DNA of 64,000 bases, taken from contig MU057346.1 of NCBI GenBank assembly GCA_013239625.1, positions 4,240,431-4,304,430 on the forward strand, written 5' to 3'. The notes below the pieces were generated by a model. The model worked only from the letters and a program-made list of their open reading frames with translations. It did not search any database and was not told the DNA's origin. The translations under genes and the position numbers were made by a program. Below, piece by piece: positions 24,620 through 35,660 of the stretch (position 1 is its first letter; each line of letters starts with the position of its first letter). Source of the stretch: Lama guanicoe. Its lineage: Eukaryota.

Positions 24620-25900
24620 CTTGTGCTTTGCTGGTGCGAATGGGAGTTGGTACAAGCCTTGTGAGGGGAACCTGACAATACTTAACAAAATAACATATGC
24701 CTTTAGTTTTTGACCCAGCCATTCCACTTCTAAGACTGTATCCCGGAGATATAGTTCCAACCATAAGATGTGCACAAGTTTATTCATCTCACCATTGTTT
24801 GCAGTTGCAAACACTGGAAACAACTTCAATGCCCATAGGTAGAAGACAACTGAATCAACGCTGGTACATCCGTGAATAACAGAGCACAATGTCACGGTGA
24901 AAAATAACGAGGAAGGGTTCTATTAACTGACAGGGAGTGATTTCTAGGAATTACTGCTAAGTGAAAAAAAAAAGTACAAAGAATATCTGTAACACACGAC
25001 CTCTTGTGTAATGAGAAGATGTGCTTGTATCTCCTAACTTAGGCAAAAAGAAACACAGGAGGGATAAATCAGAAACGAATGAGCCTGGTTATCTTCAGGG
25101 GTGGGAAGAAAAGGATCAGAAAGAACAGATAAGGTTGCAGGGGTGGGTGCAGGGGTGGGGGACGGATGCTTCTCTGAGAACATCCTTTTGTAGAGCAGTG
25201 ACAATCGGAAAGATGTTAATATCTCACACACAACAAGGATGAGGGGAAAACCCTAAAATGCAATACAAACAGTAACAAACGAGCTAATAACAGGACCATA
25301 CTGAATGGAGAATGAAGAATGAGCCTGAAGAACTCAAACACAGTATTTGGATGGCATCCCTCACAATATAGACAAAAACAATTGCCTGCAAATATTCAAA
25401 CCTAGGTAGTAGGTTTGTCCTTCACTGTAATATGGATTAGCAACTTTGAAACCACTGTCTGTGTTTTCTCAGGTTAATGGAATAGTAAATACATTGCGGA
25501 TGATGGAATCGTGGTTTCTCATGGTCAAAGAAGGAAGAAATAAATGTGAAAAGAAGGCAGATCAGCATGAACCCTGTTCTTTGGATTGGAATTCAATGTA
25601 CTGATGTGCACTCATGATTTATAAGACAGATCAATCAATCGGTCGACAAAGATAATTAGACATAGATGTGTTTGGGTTTGTATATGTACAAACACATACA
25701 TCCATGTGTCATACATATATTTTGAAGTTCTGCTCACTGAGAGGGCCTAGAAGCAATGATATCCCCATAACCATGAGCTACTTAGTTTCCAAATGTCATT
25801 ATCCTCTGAAAGATATCATTATCCAGGGCTCCTTGAAGAAATGGCTGATTCCAGAGACTCCAGACCTGGGACTGGGAAAGTCTAATACGAGCCAATAGTA
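24620..25900 (+). mobile_element. Old L1 (L1MC/MD-like) ORF2 end and long 3' UTR
   Basis: tttgacccagccattccacttcta; ctggaaacaacttcaatgccca; gagggcctagaagcaatga; ccagggctccttgaagaaatggctgattcca. Confidence 0.85.
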
Positions 25901-25921
25901 AGGTTTTAAAAAGTGAGCTAA

Positions 25922-26182
25922 GTTAGAGATCTGCACAAACCGATACGTATAGAATAAACAAGTTCATGCTGTATAACGTAGGGAACTATATCCAATATCT
26001 TATAGTAACTTACAGTGAAAAGGAATATGAAAACGAATATATGTATGCTCATGTATGACTGAAACATGATGCTGTACACCAGAAATTGACACAACATTGT
26101 AAACTGACTATACTTCAATAAAACAAATATATACAAGAATATATATATATAAAAATAGAATAAAGGACAAGAGAATAGGAAA
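25922..26182 (+). mobile_element. Young lineage-specific L1 3' end with perfect 14-bp TSD
   Basis: gggaactatatccaatatcttatagtaac...gctgtacaccagaaattgacacaacattgtaaactgactatacttcaataaaa; TSD aaaaagtgagctaa at 25908-25921 and 26183-26196, preceded by tttt. Confidence 0.92.
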
Positions 26183-26724
26183 AAAAAGTGAGCTAATTAG
26201 GTGAATAGGGCACAAATCAGGAGAGCAGCCATGGCATAAGCAAAGTTTGGGAAAGACTATGGCTGATGATAGAGACCCGGTCAAGGGCCCTTGGTCCACA
26301 CGGACAGCAAGCCTGTAAGGATCCGTGTGTCAGATCCCCATCCCTAAACCCCCTCTCCAACTAGAATCAAGGAACCTAGTGCAGCTCCAGGAGTCACCTG
26401 AAAATTAGCAAAAAGCAGCAAGAGCCCCGATGTCTGGTCGGAGGGGAGAAGGCCAGGCAGTGTTTGAAGCCCTCTACTAGGCAGTAGTTACATGGGAATA
26501 TTCCAGCATAAGAACAAGGCTCTCCAGCCCAGAGCCAGGCTCTAGCTTGAGGGGCTCACAGGCAAACTTCCATTCAAATTGTTCAGACAAGGCAGCCAGG
26601 ATCAGGGCACGTGGAGCGGACGATTCCGATACGAGGGGGAAGACACTTCCTCCAGGAGAAAGTCACAGACGCGCTGACTTGTTCTACGTCGCTCAGCAGA
26701 GCTGTAGTGAAGTTTGCATGACGG

Positions 26725-27200
26725 GACACAACGTAGTGGGATGTCAGAAGGCCCTGAATTCTAACCCTAGTTCTATTGCTTACTGAATTTTCCCTCCTTC
26801 CTGAACCTCTTTTTATTCATCTGTAAAATGGTGATTTAAAAAAAAAAATCCTGCTTCATGGGGTTGCTTTGAAGATTTAAGGTCCTTACTTAGTAAATAT
26901 TTATGGAGTGCTTTATACCATTCTGAGGAGTATGCTGTCACCAAGACCAGTCCTTACCTCCATGAGGCTTATATTCTAGGGCTGGGTTCAAAGGCTCGAT
27001 GTGAGAAAGACCAGGAAAGCTATGTGGCTGGATCCCAGGGAGGAAATGGGACGGCTGGGGATGAGAGAGGAGGCAGGCAGGGTCTCCAGGCTTGAGGGCC
27101 GGGGTGGGGAGCTTGGATTTTACTTAAGAGCCATGACAAGCTGTTGGAAGGTTCTAGGCAAGGGGAAATCACGCTCTGGTTTGCACTCTGGCCGCTGCGG
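26725..27200. mobile_element. MIR (+, about 26725-26880) and L2 (-, about 26885-27200)
   Basis: ttcatctgtaaaatgg; tagtaaatatttatggagtgc...ctccatgaggcttatattctag...gagcttggattttact. Confidence 0.65.
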
Positions 27201-27297
27201 CGGCGGGGTGGGGGGCACCCAGACACCAGTAAGGACCAGGGCAGTAGTCCCAGCAGGGAATAACAGCCTGGGCCGGGTGGCAACAATGAGGAGCTTC

Positions 27298-27530
27298 AGG
27301 AAATGCTTCCTTAAAGAGCCAGAGAGTAGATATTTTAGGCAAAATCAAGGTCAAAAGGCAGACTGGAGACTAAGAGGTACTTTGCCTGTAAGCACTGAAA
27401 ACTATTGTGTTAAAAATAAAGAAATTGAAGTCACTCTTAGCTCAAGGGCTATAAAACAAAAGAAAACAAAACAAAACCCAGGCAGCTGGTTGCATTTGGG
27501 CCACAGGCTGTAGAGGGCCGAGCCCGGGCT
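27298..27530 (+). mobile_element. MER58-family (hAT-Charlie) element
   Basis: aaagagccagagagtagatattttaggc...cttagctcaagggctataaaa...caggcagctggttgcatttgggccacaggctgtag. Confidence 0.7.
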
Positions 27531-28299
27531 GGGGGACAACAGGGGAAGAGATGGGCCTTTGTAAAGCGGATACGGCAGTCGTCGGCAGGGTGCATCAGGG
27601 CTTGGAGAGAACTTTCTGTCTCCTGATTCGGGGCGAGTGTGCTTCAAAGTCCCTGCTGCTTAGCTTAGTCAGAGGGTTGCCGAGACTGGTACAGCGGGTA
27701 GAGGTATCCGGTTCACCTACTGTTCTTCTTTCCATAAAGTGGATTTCTAGAGATTGCGTTGTGGGGCTGGGGTGGGAGACCCTCTCTCACGTTTCGGGTG
27801 TAGGGCCACAGCCCTCTTACAAGCAGGTAACCGGATGTGGAGGTCCACAACTGAGTCTCGATTGGGGATGCCAGCGAACTTGTCCCTTGGCTGTGACATT
27901 GATATTCTATGGTCCAGGAAAACCCAGTAAATGCTCATTAGCATTTATTTACTGAAGGCGTGAGGGAGAGGATGAAAGAGAGTGAGTAGCCCATTCAGGT
28001 GTCACCCGGATTTACCTACTGTGAAGTTGAAAGACATGTAACTACTACAAGCAAAAGCTGGTATCTGGTCACCAGGCAATAGCAACAGGGAAACCGATCG
28101 GGAGTTCTCTACGCAGAAATAATCCACAGGGATTAATAAAGCACGCGGTCCACACTGGACTCAAGTTACACACTGGCTCATCTTTGTTTGCTGGTCACCA
28201 TTTGCAAATAAATAAAAAGGAGAATATGATACAGTTTAAGAATCAAAGGATATAAAGCACTAGATACAGAGACCCTTTTCTTCAAATTTAACCTTACAG

Positions 28300-28420
28300 T
28301 CCACTGCATATGATATGATACAATATTTGTTATATATGCTACATGCAGCTTTCGTATTATATATTCATGTGCTATGTACAAACATATATTCATTAATTTG
28401 TATATATACTTATATCATAA
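28300..28420. repeat. AT-rich decayed (TA)n low-complexity tract
   Basis: atatgatatgatacaatatttgttatatatg...gtatatatacttatatcat. Confidence 0.6.
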
Positions 28421-29744
28421 AAGTCATCTTAATTACAGGAAATTCTGAAAATTTACCCAAGGTGGAAAAAATATTCCCTGGATCCTGAGAGTCACTTTTT
28501 ATTGTTTAATTTCAATCTTTCACATTTTGATTTTTGCTCAAAGCAGGACAACCTTTTGCTGTTGTTATGAATGCATCTTTGACCCTCAAGCTTAAAAAAA
28601 AAAATCTTGTTTTCTGCATTACTCTTTTACTTAGTATTTGAGCAATAGCATATCTGATGGAGTGGAGGACTTTCCAAAAGACTTTCTGGTAGCTGCCTGC
28701 CCAGCAGGTTTAATATATAGACATCTTTTTCTTTCAGATTGTGTCTTTAGCATAACCCTAGGGGGTCAAATGTCACTGGTCTTTCTAAGGCAAATTTGCT
28801 ACCAGAAAGCTCCTGACTTTCTGTCGCCATGGGGGAGTGTGGGCATTCACCTCTCCCTACCTTCACAATCCCTAAATGTTTATGCTAAAGGAAGAACTTT
28901 GTTAACTTAAACACTATAAAAGCCTTATTCCTTTGTTGGCTAAAGAAATGTATTTCCTCTATTGAGTTGCTTTTCAATCTAACTCCCCTTTTTTTTTTAC
29001 ATAACTTTTAAGAAAAAGTTAATACTTTTCCAGATCGCCCATGTTGGGGTGCTAATTAATCTGTCTCTTGAAGTTAAAGTAAGTTATCTACAGCTTTTCT
29101 CTTGTCCTGAGAGGTAATTTTCCTGTCGGTTTCAAACTATAACCACATCAGTGGTGATGATGGTGATGACGGTACTGTCCTCGGGCACGAATGAAAGAAG
29201 ATCTATGACAAGTCGTAAAATTGTCTTGCAGATTCCAAGATGTGTGTCTGGGCGAGACTCCCCAGATAGCCCCCTCCCCAGTCTGTGGGGACAGATTTGG
29301 GCTTGTGTGGCATGTGAATGCTCTTGATCTGCCCTTATGTAATAAGGATGAGTCATGTCACAGTGTGAGTCACCCGGTCCCATGCCGGGGGCACCTCCGC
29401 CAGGCCTGTAGAGCTTCCCACCTGCCCGATCCCTGTCTGCATAGAAATCGCGTGACTCAGCGCCAGGGAAGGGTGGTTCTCTCTGTCTGGCTGGTGTCCT
29501 CAGATCCAGGAAGCGCCAGGCTGGTGGCGTGGCCGCTGAGAGGAAGGCCACGCTCCCCACGTCAGCAGGGCCCGTCAGAGGCAGCCCCGCACAGGAAGGG
29601 ACGGCCCTGAGCCCGGCCGGCCGGCCGCCACCACCCAGTGACCAGGTGCACAGAGGAAACAGGCGGGCACAGCGGCTCTTTTAGGTCTTTAGTGAGTTTC
29701 AGTGTTTTCCTCATCGCCTTGTGGGCAGTCAGAGGAACATGGGT

Positions 29745-30145
29745 AGTAAAAATAACTGCTGATGTTTTTTGAGCCCTTACTGTTCGCCAAGTGTCATACA
29801 AGGGACTTAACATCCATTAACACACTGAATCCTCACAACAACACCATGAATTAACTATACCATGAAGTCCACTTGACAGATGTGGAAACTAAGGCCCCGC
29901 GGGAGTAAGTGATTTGATCAAGTACACGCAGCTGGGTAAGAAGCAGATCTCGAATCTGAACCCAGTCTCCAGACCCTTCTCTCTTAACTGCAAGACCAGT
30001 CATCTTAACCTGTAACGAATCACCCAGGAGTCTGGTCAAAATGAAGACTCAGTGGGTCTAAGGCAGCGTGTGAGACGCTGCATTTCTAATAAGTGTCCAG
30101 GTCAGGCAGATGTTGCTGGTCCCTGGACCACGTTTTGAGTAGCAG
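29745..30145 (-). mobile_element. MIR (29745-30010) followed by MER5A (30015-30145)
   Basis: aatcctcacaacaac...acagatgtggaaactaaggccc; ctgcatttctaataag...gatgttgctggtccctggaccacgttttgagtagc. Confidence 0.8.
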
Positions 30146-30204
30146 GCTCTCTATTGTAGTTTTTTCACCATGCCTTGGGCTACTCCAGTTGGAAAATCTT
30201 TTAT

Positions 30205-30850
30205 TCACACATCCTTCATTTGTTTACTCTTTCGTTGTCCATGTACACATTCAGCCAATATCCACTGAACCCTCACCATGAGTCAAGCACTGAGAAAATC
30301 AAGATGGGCCTGTCCTCGTGGAAAACACAGAGAAAAGCAGTTCAACAAGGAGACAAAACCCCCATCGAACACAATCGTAATTGTAAGAGAACATGATAAG
30401 ATTTAAAACAGAAGGACTTGTTCTGCAGCATGGCTCCCCAAAGAAGGGGTGATTCCACCAGTGAGTCAGAGCAAGCACCCCAAAACATGGTGTGAGGAAG
30501 CCCACGAAAGACTAGCCAGGTGCAATGCTTTCCTGGGCTGTAGAGGTCCAGGATTCCGAGGAAGATGGGCCATTCTCTCGATTCCTAGCCCAGCAGGAGT
30601 GGTGTGCAGAAGGGGAGAAGAGGCTCAAGGAAGAGGCAAGGGATTTGCTCTTTGCCAGAGCCCCACGCCTGTATCCCACTTCTGTGCTTTTGTTTATCCC
30701 ATTCCTTCCACCAAGACTGTTCTCATCCCCATCCTAACAACTAGTCATTGCAAGTTCCAGTCCAAATGTCATGCCTCCATGCTTCCCCTAATGCTCTTGA
30801 CCTTCACGCATATGAGAAGGAACTCTTCTCCATGGTAGCTTGTTCAGCTC
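30205..30850. mobile_element. L2 fragments (- then +)
   Basis: cattcagccaatatccactgaac (L2 tail -); cttctgtgcttttgtttatcccattccttccacc (L2 +). Confidence 0.55.
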
Positions 30851-31094
30851 TTATTCTGGGTCAGACAACTTGTTAAGACCTGTGCCTGCGACAAGTCATT
30901 TAATATTCCCTCTGGCTATGACAGTTACCAGAGGGCATCCACTCCTCTAGTGAAAGAACTCAAAGCCATGGGTCACCTGTTCCACTCTCAACAGAGTCCC
31001 GGTCTCTCCAAGACCCAGAGGAACCACCAAGATCATCTTGCCTATCTGAAGGGAACAAATCACATTACAGCTTCCCTAAAATAATATCCTCTAG

Positions 31095-31240
31095 TACGTT
31101 TCTCAGTGTTGTCCCTGAACGTGCAGCATCAGCATCACCTGGAATTTATTAAAATGCAAATCCCTGGGCCCCACCCCAGACCTACTGAACCAGAAACTTG
31201 GGGGGGTGAGCTCAGCAATGTGGGTTTTAACAAGCAAATA
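31095..31240 (+). mobile_element. MER5A (hAT-Charlie)
   Basis: gcagcatcagcatcacctggaatttattaaaatgcaaatccctgggccccaccccagacctactgaaccagaaact. Confidence 0.9.
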
Positions 31241-31384
31241 TACCAGCATTTGTAAGGGACTGAGAACACATCATGACTAGGGGGTGCAAACAGTAAATGA
31301 ACCTGTGTAAAATAGCCTAGAAATTCTCCTTGTTATTCTATACAGGGGTAGGTATTTTTATGGTTGTGACTTTCTTTATATGCC

Positions 31385-31660
31385 TAATTTTTTTTATTAT
31401 GGCAATATCCAAACATTCTGACACATAATAGTATAATGGACCACCCATCACTCAGCTTTAACAAATATTGACATAAAGCAAATTTTCTCTTCTCCCTACT
31501 GGTCATCCCTGTGGGGTTATTTTAAAGAAAATTGTAGGTACTTATCATTTAATCTCTAAATGTTTTAGACTGAATCTGTAATAGATAAGGACTATATATT
31601 TTTAAACATAACCACATACTATTACTTTATACCTTCAGTATAACACTGATAATTCTGGTC
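31385..31660 (-). mobile_element. Old L1 (L1MC-like) 3' end fragment
   Basis: ttttttattatggcaatatccaaacat...tagtataatggaccacccatcactcagcttta...aaacataaccaca. Confidence 0.6.
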
Positions 31661-33197
31661 CAAAATGTTGAGGGCATTTTTTTGGGAAACAGACTTCAGA
31701 AGAGAGACTGACAGGAAGCAAGATGTGAAGGAGACCTGAGGATGGGTCTTCTCAGAGGAGGGAGTAAAGGAAGGTTCCTGGAGCACTCTCTGCGGTTGAA
31801 GGGATCTCTCATTTCACCCTGATTAGTCCCCTCACGTTTATGGATACACAGTCCAGAGCAGCTCTGGGGAGCCCCTGCTTACAGTAATAGCAGACTAACC
31901 TGCAGTAAACAAACCTCTCACTGGGAATGACAAGGAAATCTAAATACCATTAAAGAGCTACCATGACAGCCAAAACAACAGGGGACAAGATCTGAAGAGA
32001 AGAAAAGCTCAGGGAAGCTAGCACAAAACTTTAGACAGTGTTTTCCTTTTGGGGCGGTTACAAATTTGTAAGAATCCTGGGCAGAGAGAGTAAGAAGTCA
32101 AGTAGTAATAGACTGTAAGAAGCAAAGAAGCTGAACAGAGTTCTCGACAGCCCAATGGGGTGAGGGAGGGAGAATGTGAAGTCTAGGCTTCTGAGGTAGC
32201 CAAGATGTGAGGGACCAGGATCTTGCAAAGGGAAGTAGAGAGGAAAACTCTAAAGGTCTGAGCTATTTATCCCCAGGAGGCCCTTGACAATTCATGAGCT
32301 ACAGAGGCCAAGGAAGGCCAGGAAGAAACAGCAGGCAGTGGGCTAAAGAGACAGAGCTTTCAGGTGTCTCACGGTCCTGGTGGAAAAAGTTTGGAGCTCA
32401 GGTTCCATCAAAGAGGCTGAGCAAAGGTCAACTCACGAGGCTCTACACTAGGATTCTGAAAGAACTACACCCTCTAAACAAGGCAAAGAGGAAACAAACC
32501 AGATCCTTCCAAGGCTGAATCCTAGGTGTGAAAGAGCTCAGTCCCACTCTATCTGCCCATCTAGACTTTCTATATGTTTTTATATATAATGTCTATGTTC
32601 AATGCTCAGTAAAAATTATCAGGGCTAACAAAAGACAGGACTAAACACTGAGCAAAAAAGACTAACAGAAGGAACAGAATAAAGATGAAGTGAACATGGA
32701 AGTTGTCAGACACAGATTTTTAAATGATCATGACCAGATAGAACATTTCACAGAAGAACTGAAAGTTATATAAAAAAAAAAAGAATAGAAATGGAAGTCC
32801 TAGAACTAAAAAGCACAATTGCTGAAATAAAATCAGTAGATGAGTGTATCAGAAGCTTAGACACAGAGGAAGTGGATAATGGGAAGAAACTACAAGTTAG
32901 CAGAAACTGTCTAGACTGAAGTATGGAGAAAATAAAGGATAATAATATATAGAAGGGTGTGAGAGATCTACGAGGTATGGGACATAGGTCTACTCTATAT
33001 GTGTAATTGGAGACCAAAAGGGAAGGGAAAGGAAAAAAATATATGGAAAGACAATAGCTAAGAGTTTTCCAAAACCGAAGAAAGACTTCAAGTCACAATA
33101 TTCAAAAAAAAAAAAAAATCACAAACCCAAGGAAGAGAAGTACAAAGAAAAACACAATTAGGTATATCAGAGTAAAACTACTAAAAAGATAAAAAGA

Positions 33198-33716
33198 CCT
33201 CAACTAAATACTAGCAAATTAAATCCAGCAGCATATTAAAAGGATAATATACCATGACTAAGTGGGATTTATCCCAAGAATGCAAGGGTGGTTCGGCAAT
33301 GAAAATCAATCCATGTAACACACTATATTAATAAAATGAAGAAAAAAGAAACCCATGATCATCTCAGTCACTATGGAAAAAGCATTTGACAAAATTCAAT
33401 ATCCATTCATTATAAAAACACTCAAAAAAACTAAAAACAGAAGTGAATTTCCTCAACCTGATAAAGTGCATCTGTGACAAACTCGCAGCTAACATCGTAG
33501 TTAACAGTAAAAGACCGAAAACTTTCCCCTAAGATCAGAAACTTGACAAGGATGTCTGCTCTCACCACTTCTATTCAGCATTGTACTAGACGTTCTAATC
33601 AGGGCAAATAGACAAGAAAAAAATAAAGGCATCCAGACTGGAAAGGAAGAAGTAAAGCTGTCTTATTTGCAGATAACATAACCTTATATATAGAAAATCC
33701 TAAAGAACACACACAC
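33198..33716 (+). mobile_element. L1 ORF2 reverse-transcriptase fragment nested in the older L1 ORF1
   Basis: Translates in pieces to [37 protein letters not shown]; ends in (CA)n beside a gap. Confidence 0.9.
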
Positions 33717-34270
33717 TTGTGTGTGTGAANNNNNNNNNNNNNNNNNNNNNNNNNNNNNNNNNNNNNNNNNNNNNNNNNNNNNNNNNNNNNNNNNNNNNNN
33801 NNNNNNNNNNNNNNNNNNNNNNNNNNNNNNNNNNNNNNNNNNNNNNNNNNNNNNNNNNNNNNNAACAGAAAATCTTCAAAGCTTGCAGAGCAGAAAATGC
33901 ATATTATCTTCAAAGATCAACACTAAGTATGATGACTGACTTCTCAACTGAAAAGATGGAATCTCAAACATCCTGTGAAGACACCATTAAAAAACAGCAG
34001 GAAAACAGTAAGCAAACTTTCATTCTATCCCAAGCAAGAATATCTTTAAAATGCAAGGGGAAAAAAATAGACATTTCCAGAAAACATAAACTAAGAAAAT
34101 CACCCCCAGCAGAACTACACTAAAGAAACTACTATAAGGAGTGCTTCAGGTGGAAGAAATACGATCCCAGATGTAAGGTCAGAAACGCATGAAAATGAAA
34201 AACAGTAGAAAGGATAAGTATGTGGATGCTTCTAAAATAGTATCCACTGTATAAAATGACAATAATATCT

Positions 34271-34417
34271 TTTTTTATGGCCGATTGATTTTTTTTTTAA
34301 GCTGGTCTGTCTGGCTTTCTTTTTCTTTTTCTTTTAGTATATATATATATATATTTTTTTTTAACTGAAGTATAGTCAGTTTACAATGTTGTGTTAATTT
34401 CTGGTGTACAGCATAAC
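34271..34417 (-). mobile_element. Very short young L1 3' end with extended tail
   Basis: ttttaactgaagtatagtcagtttacaatgttgtgttaatttctggtgtacagcata is the reverse complement of the L1 terminus seen at about 7050-7100 and 26070-26120. Confidence 0.85.
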
Positions 34418-35584
34418 ACAGTAATATTTTATGTCAATTGACATACATGAAAACAATGACACACCATGTGTGAGAGGATAAATGGAGTTAGAGTGTCCTA
34501 AATTCTTCACACTTTCTGAGAACTGGTAAAAGGGCTTATTTATATTAGATACTAATCAGTCAATGATGTTTGGTTTAATCTCTTGTGTAGCCAGTGAAGT
34601 AAAAATAATGTTACTATAAGCCTATGGGAATGAATACTTAAGAAATGCTTGATTAATCCAAAAGAAGGGAAAAAAGGGGGAACAGAAAGCATAAACGGGT
34701 GGGAAGAATAGAAAACCAATAGCAGGATGGCAAATTAAAACTCAAACATACATGCAATATAGTTACATTCCAGTAACTACATTAAATATAAATGGAATGG
34801 ACATTCAAGCATCTAATTTAAAATACGAAGATTTTCAACGTGAAAAAATACTATATGCTACTTGTAAGAGATGTGTCTACAAAATGAGGAGTCATTAAAT
34901 ATTGAAAGTAAAGGATTGGAAATGATATTGGGATGATATTAATTCTCCCCAAGTTGATCTATTGATTCAGTACAATCCCAGTCAAAATCCCAAAAGGCTG
35001 TTTGTTGAGAATGACAAGCTGACTTTGTAATTTATATGGAAATGTAAAGGACCAAAAATAGCCAGACCAATCCTGAAGAAGAACAAAGTCGGAGGACTCA
35101 CTGCACAGACTTACCTTAAATGTATGATAATTAAAACAGTGTAGTTACTGATACGAGGATAAACAAATGAATCAATGACATATAATAGAGAATTCAGAAA
35201 CAGATCCATTTGATATAGTATATAAATACCATGTTAAATAAACAGCAGTGCAGCGGGGGAAATTATGGTTTGTTCAGCAAAGGGTGCTGGATCAACTAAC
35301 TAAAGAAGCTGAATTTTGACTACTTCCCACCACACATAAATATCATTCCCAGGTTAGGCTGTCAACCTAAATGTGAAAATTAAAGCAGTCAGATTTCTAT
35401 AATATAACTAAAAAGTATACATTCATGACCTTAAGATAAGGAAAGAGTAAACTGACACAAATACTAATTTTCAAGAAAATAACTGAAAAATTGTTTTTCT
35501 TTAAAATAAAGAATAGTTTGTTTATCCAAAGACACCAGTAACTTAGTGAAAGGATAAGACACACAGTGTAATAATAGTATATGG

Positions 35585-35660
35585 ACAGATAGGTGAAACA
35601 GGAGATTAATAGATGGGTGGGTAGACAGGTGGGTAGGTAGATAGATAGACAGATAGATAA
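35585..35660. repeat. Imperfect (GATA/GGTA/GGTG)n tract
   Basis: gatgggtgggtagacaggtgggtaggtagatagatagacagatagataa. Confidence 0.8.

Noticed and set aside
27926-27950. Hairpin taaatgct-catt-agcattta
   Set aside because: An 8-bp AT-rich stem is expected by chance in 64 kb
27001-27955. 170-aa and 134-aa ORFs
   Set aside because: The first crosses L2 and MER58 relics; neither resembles a known protein
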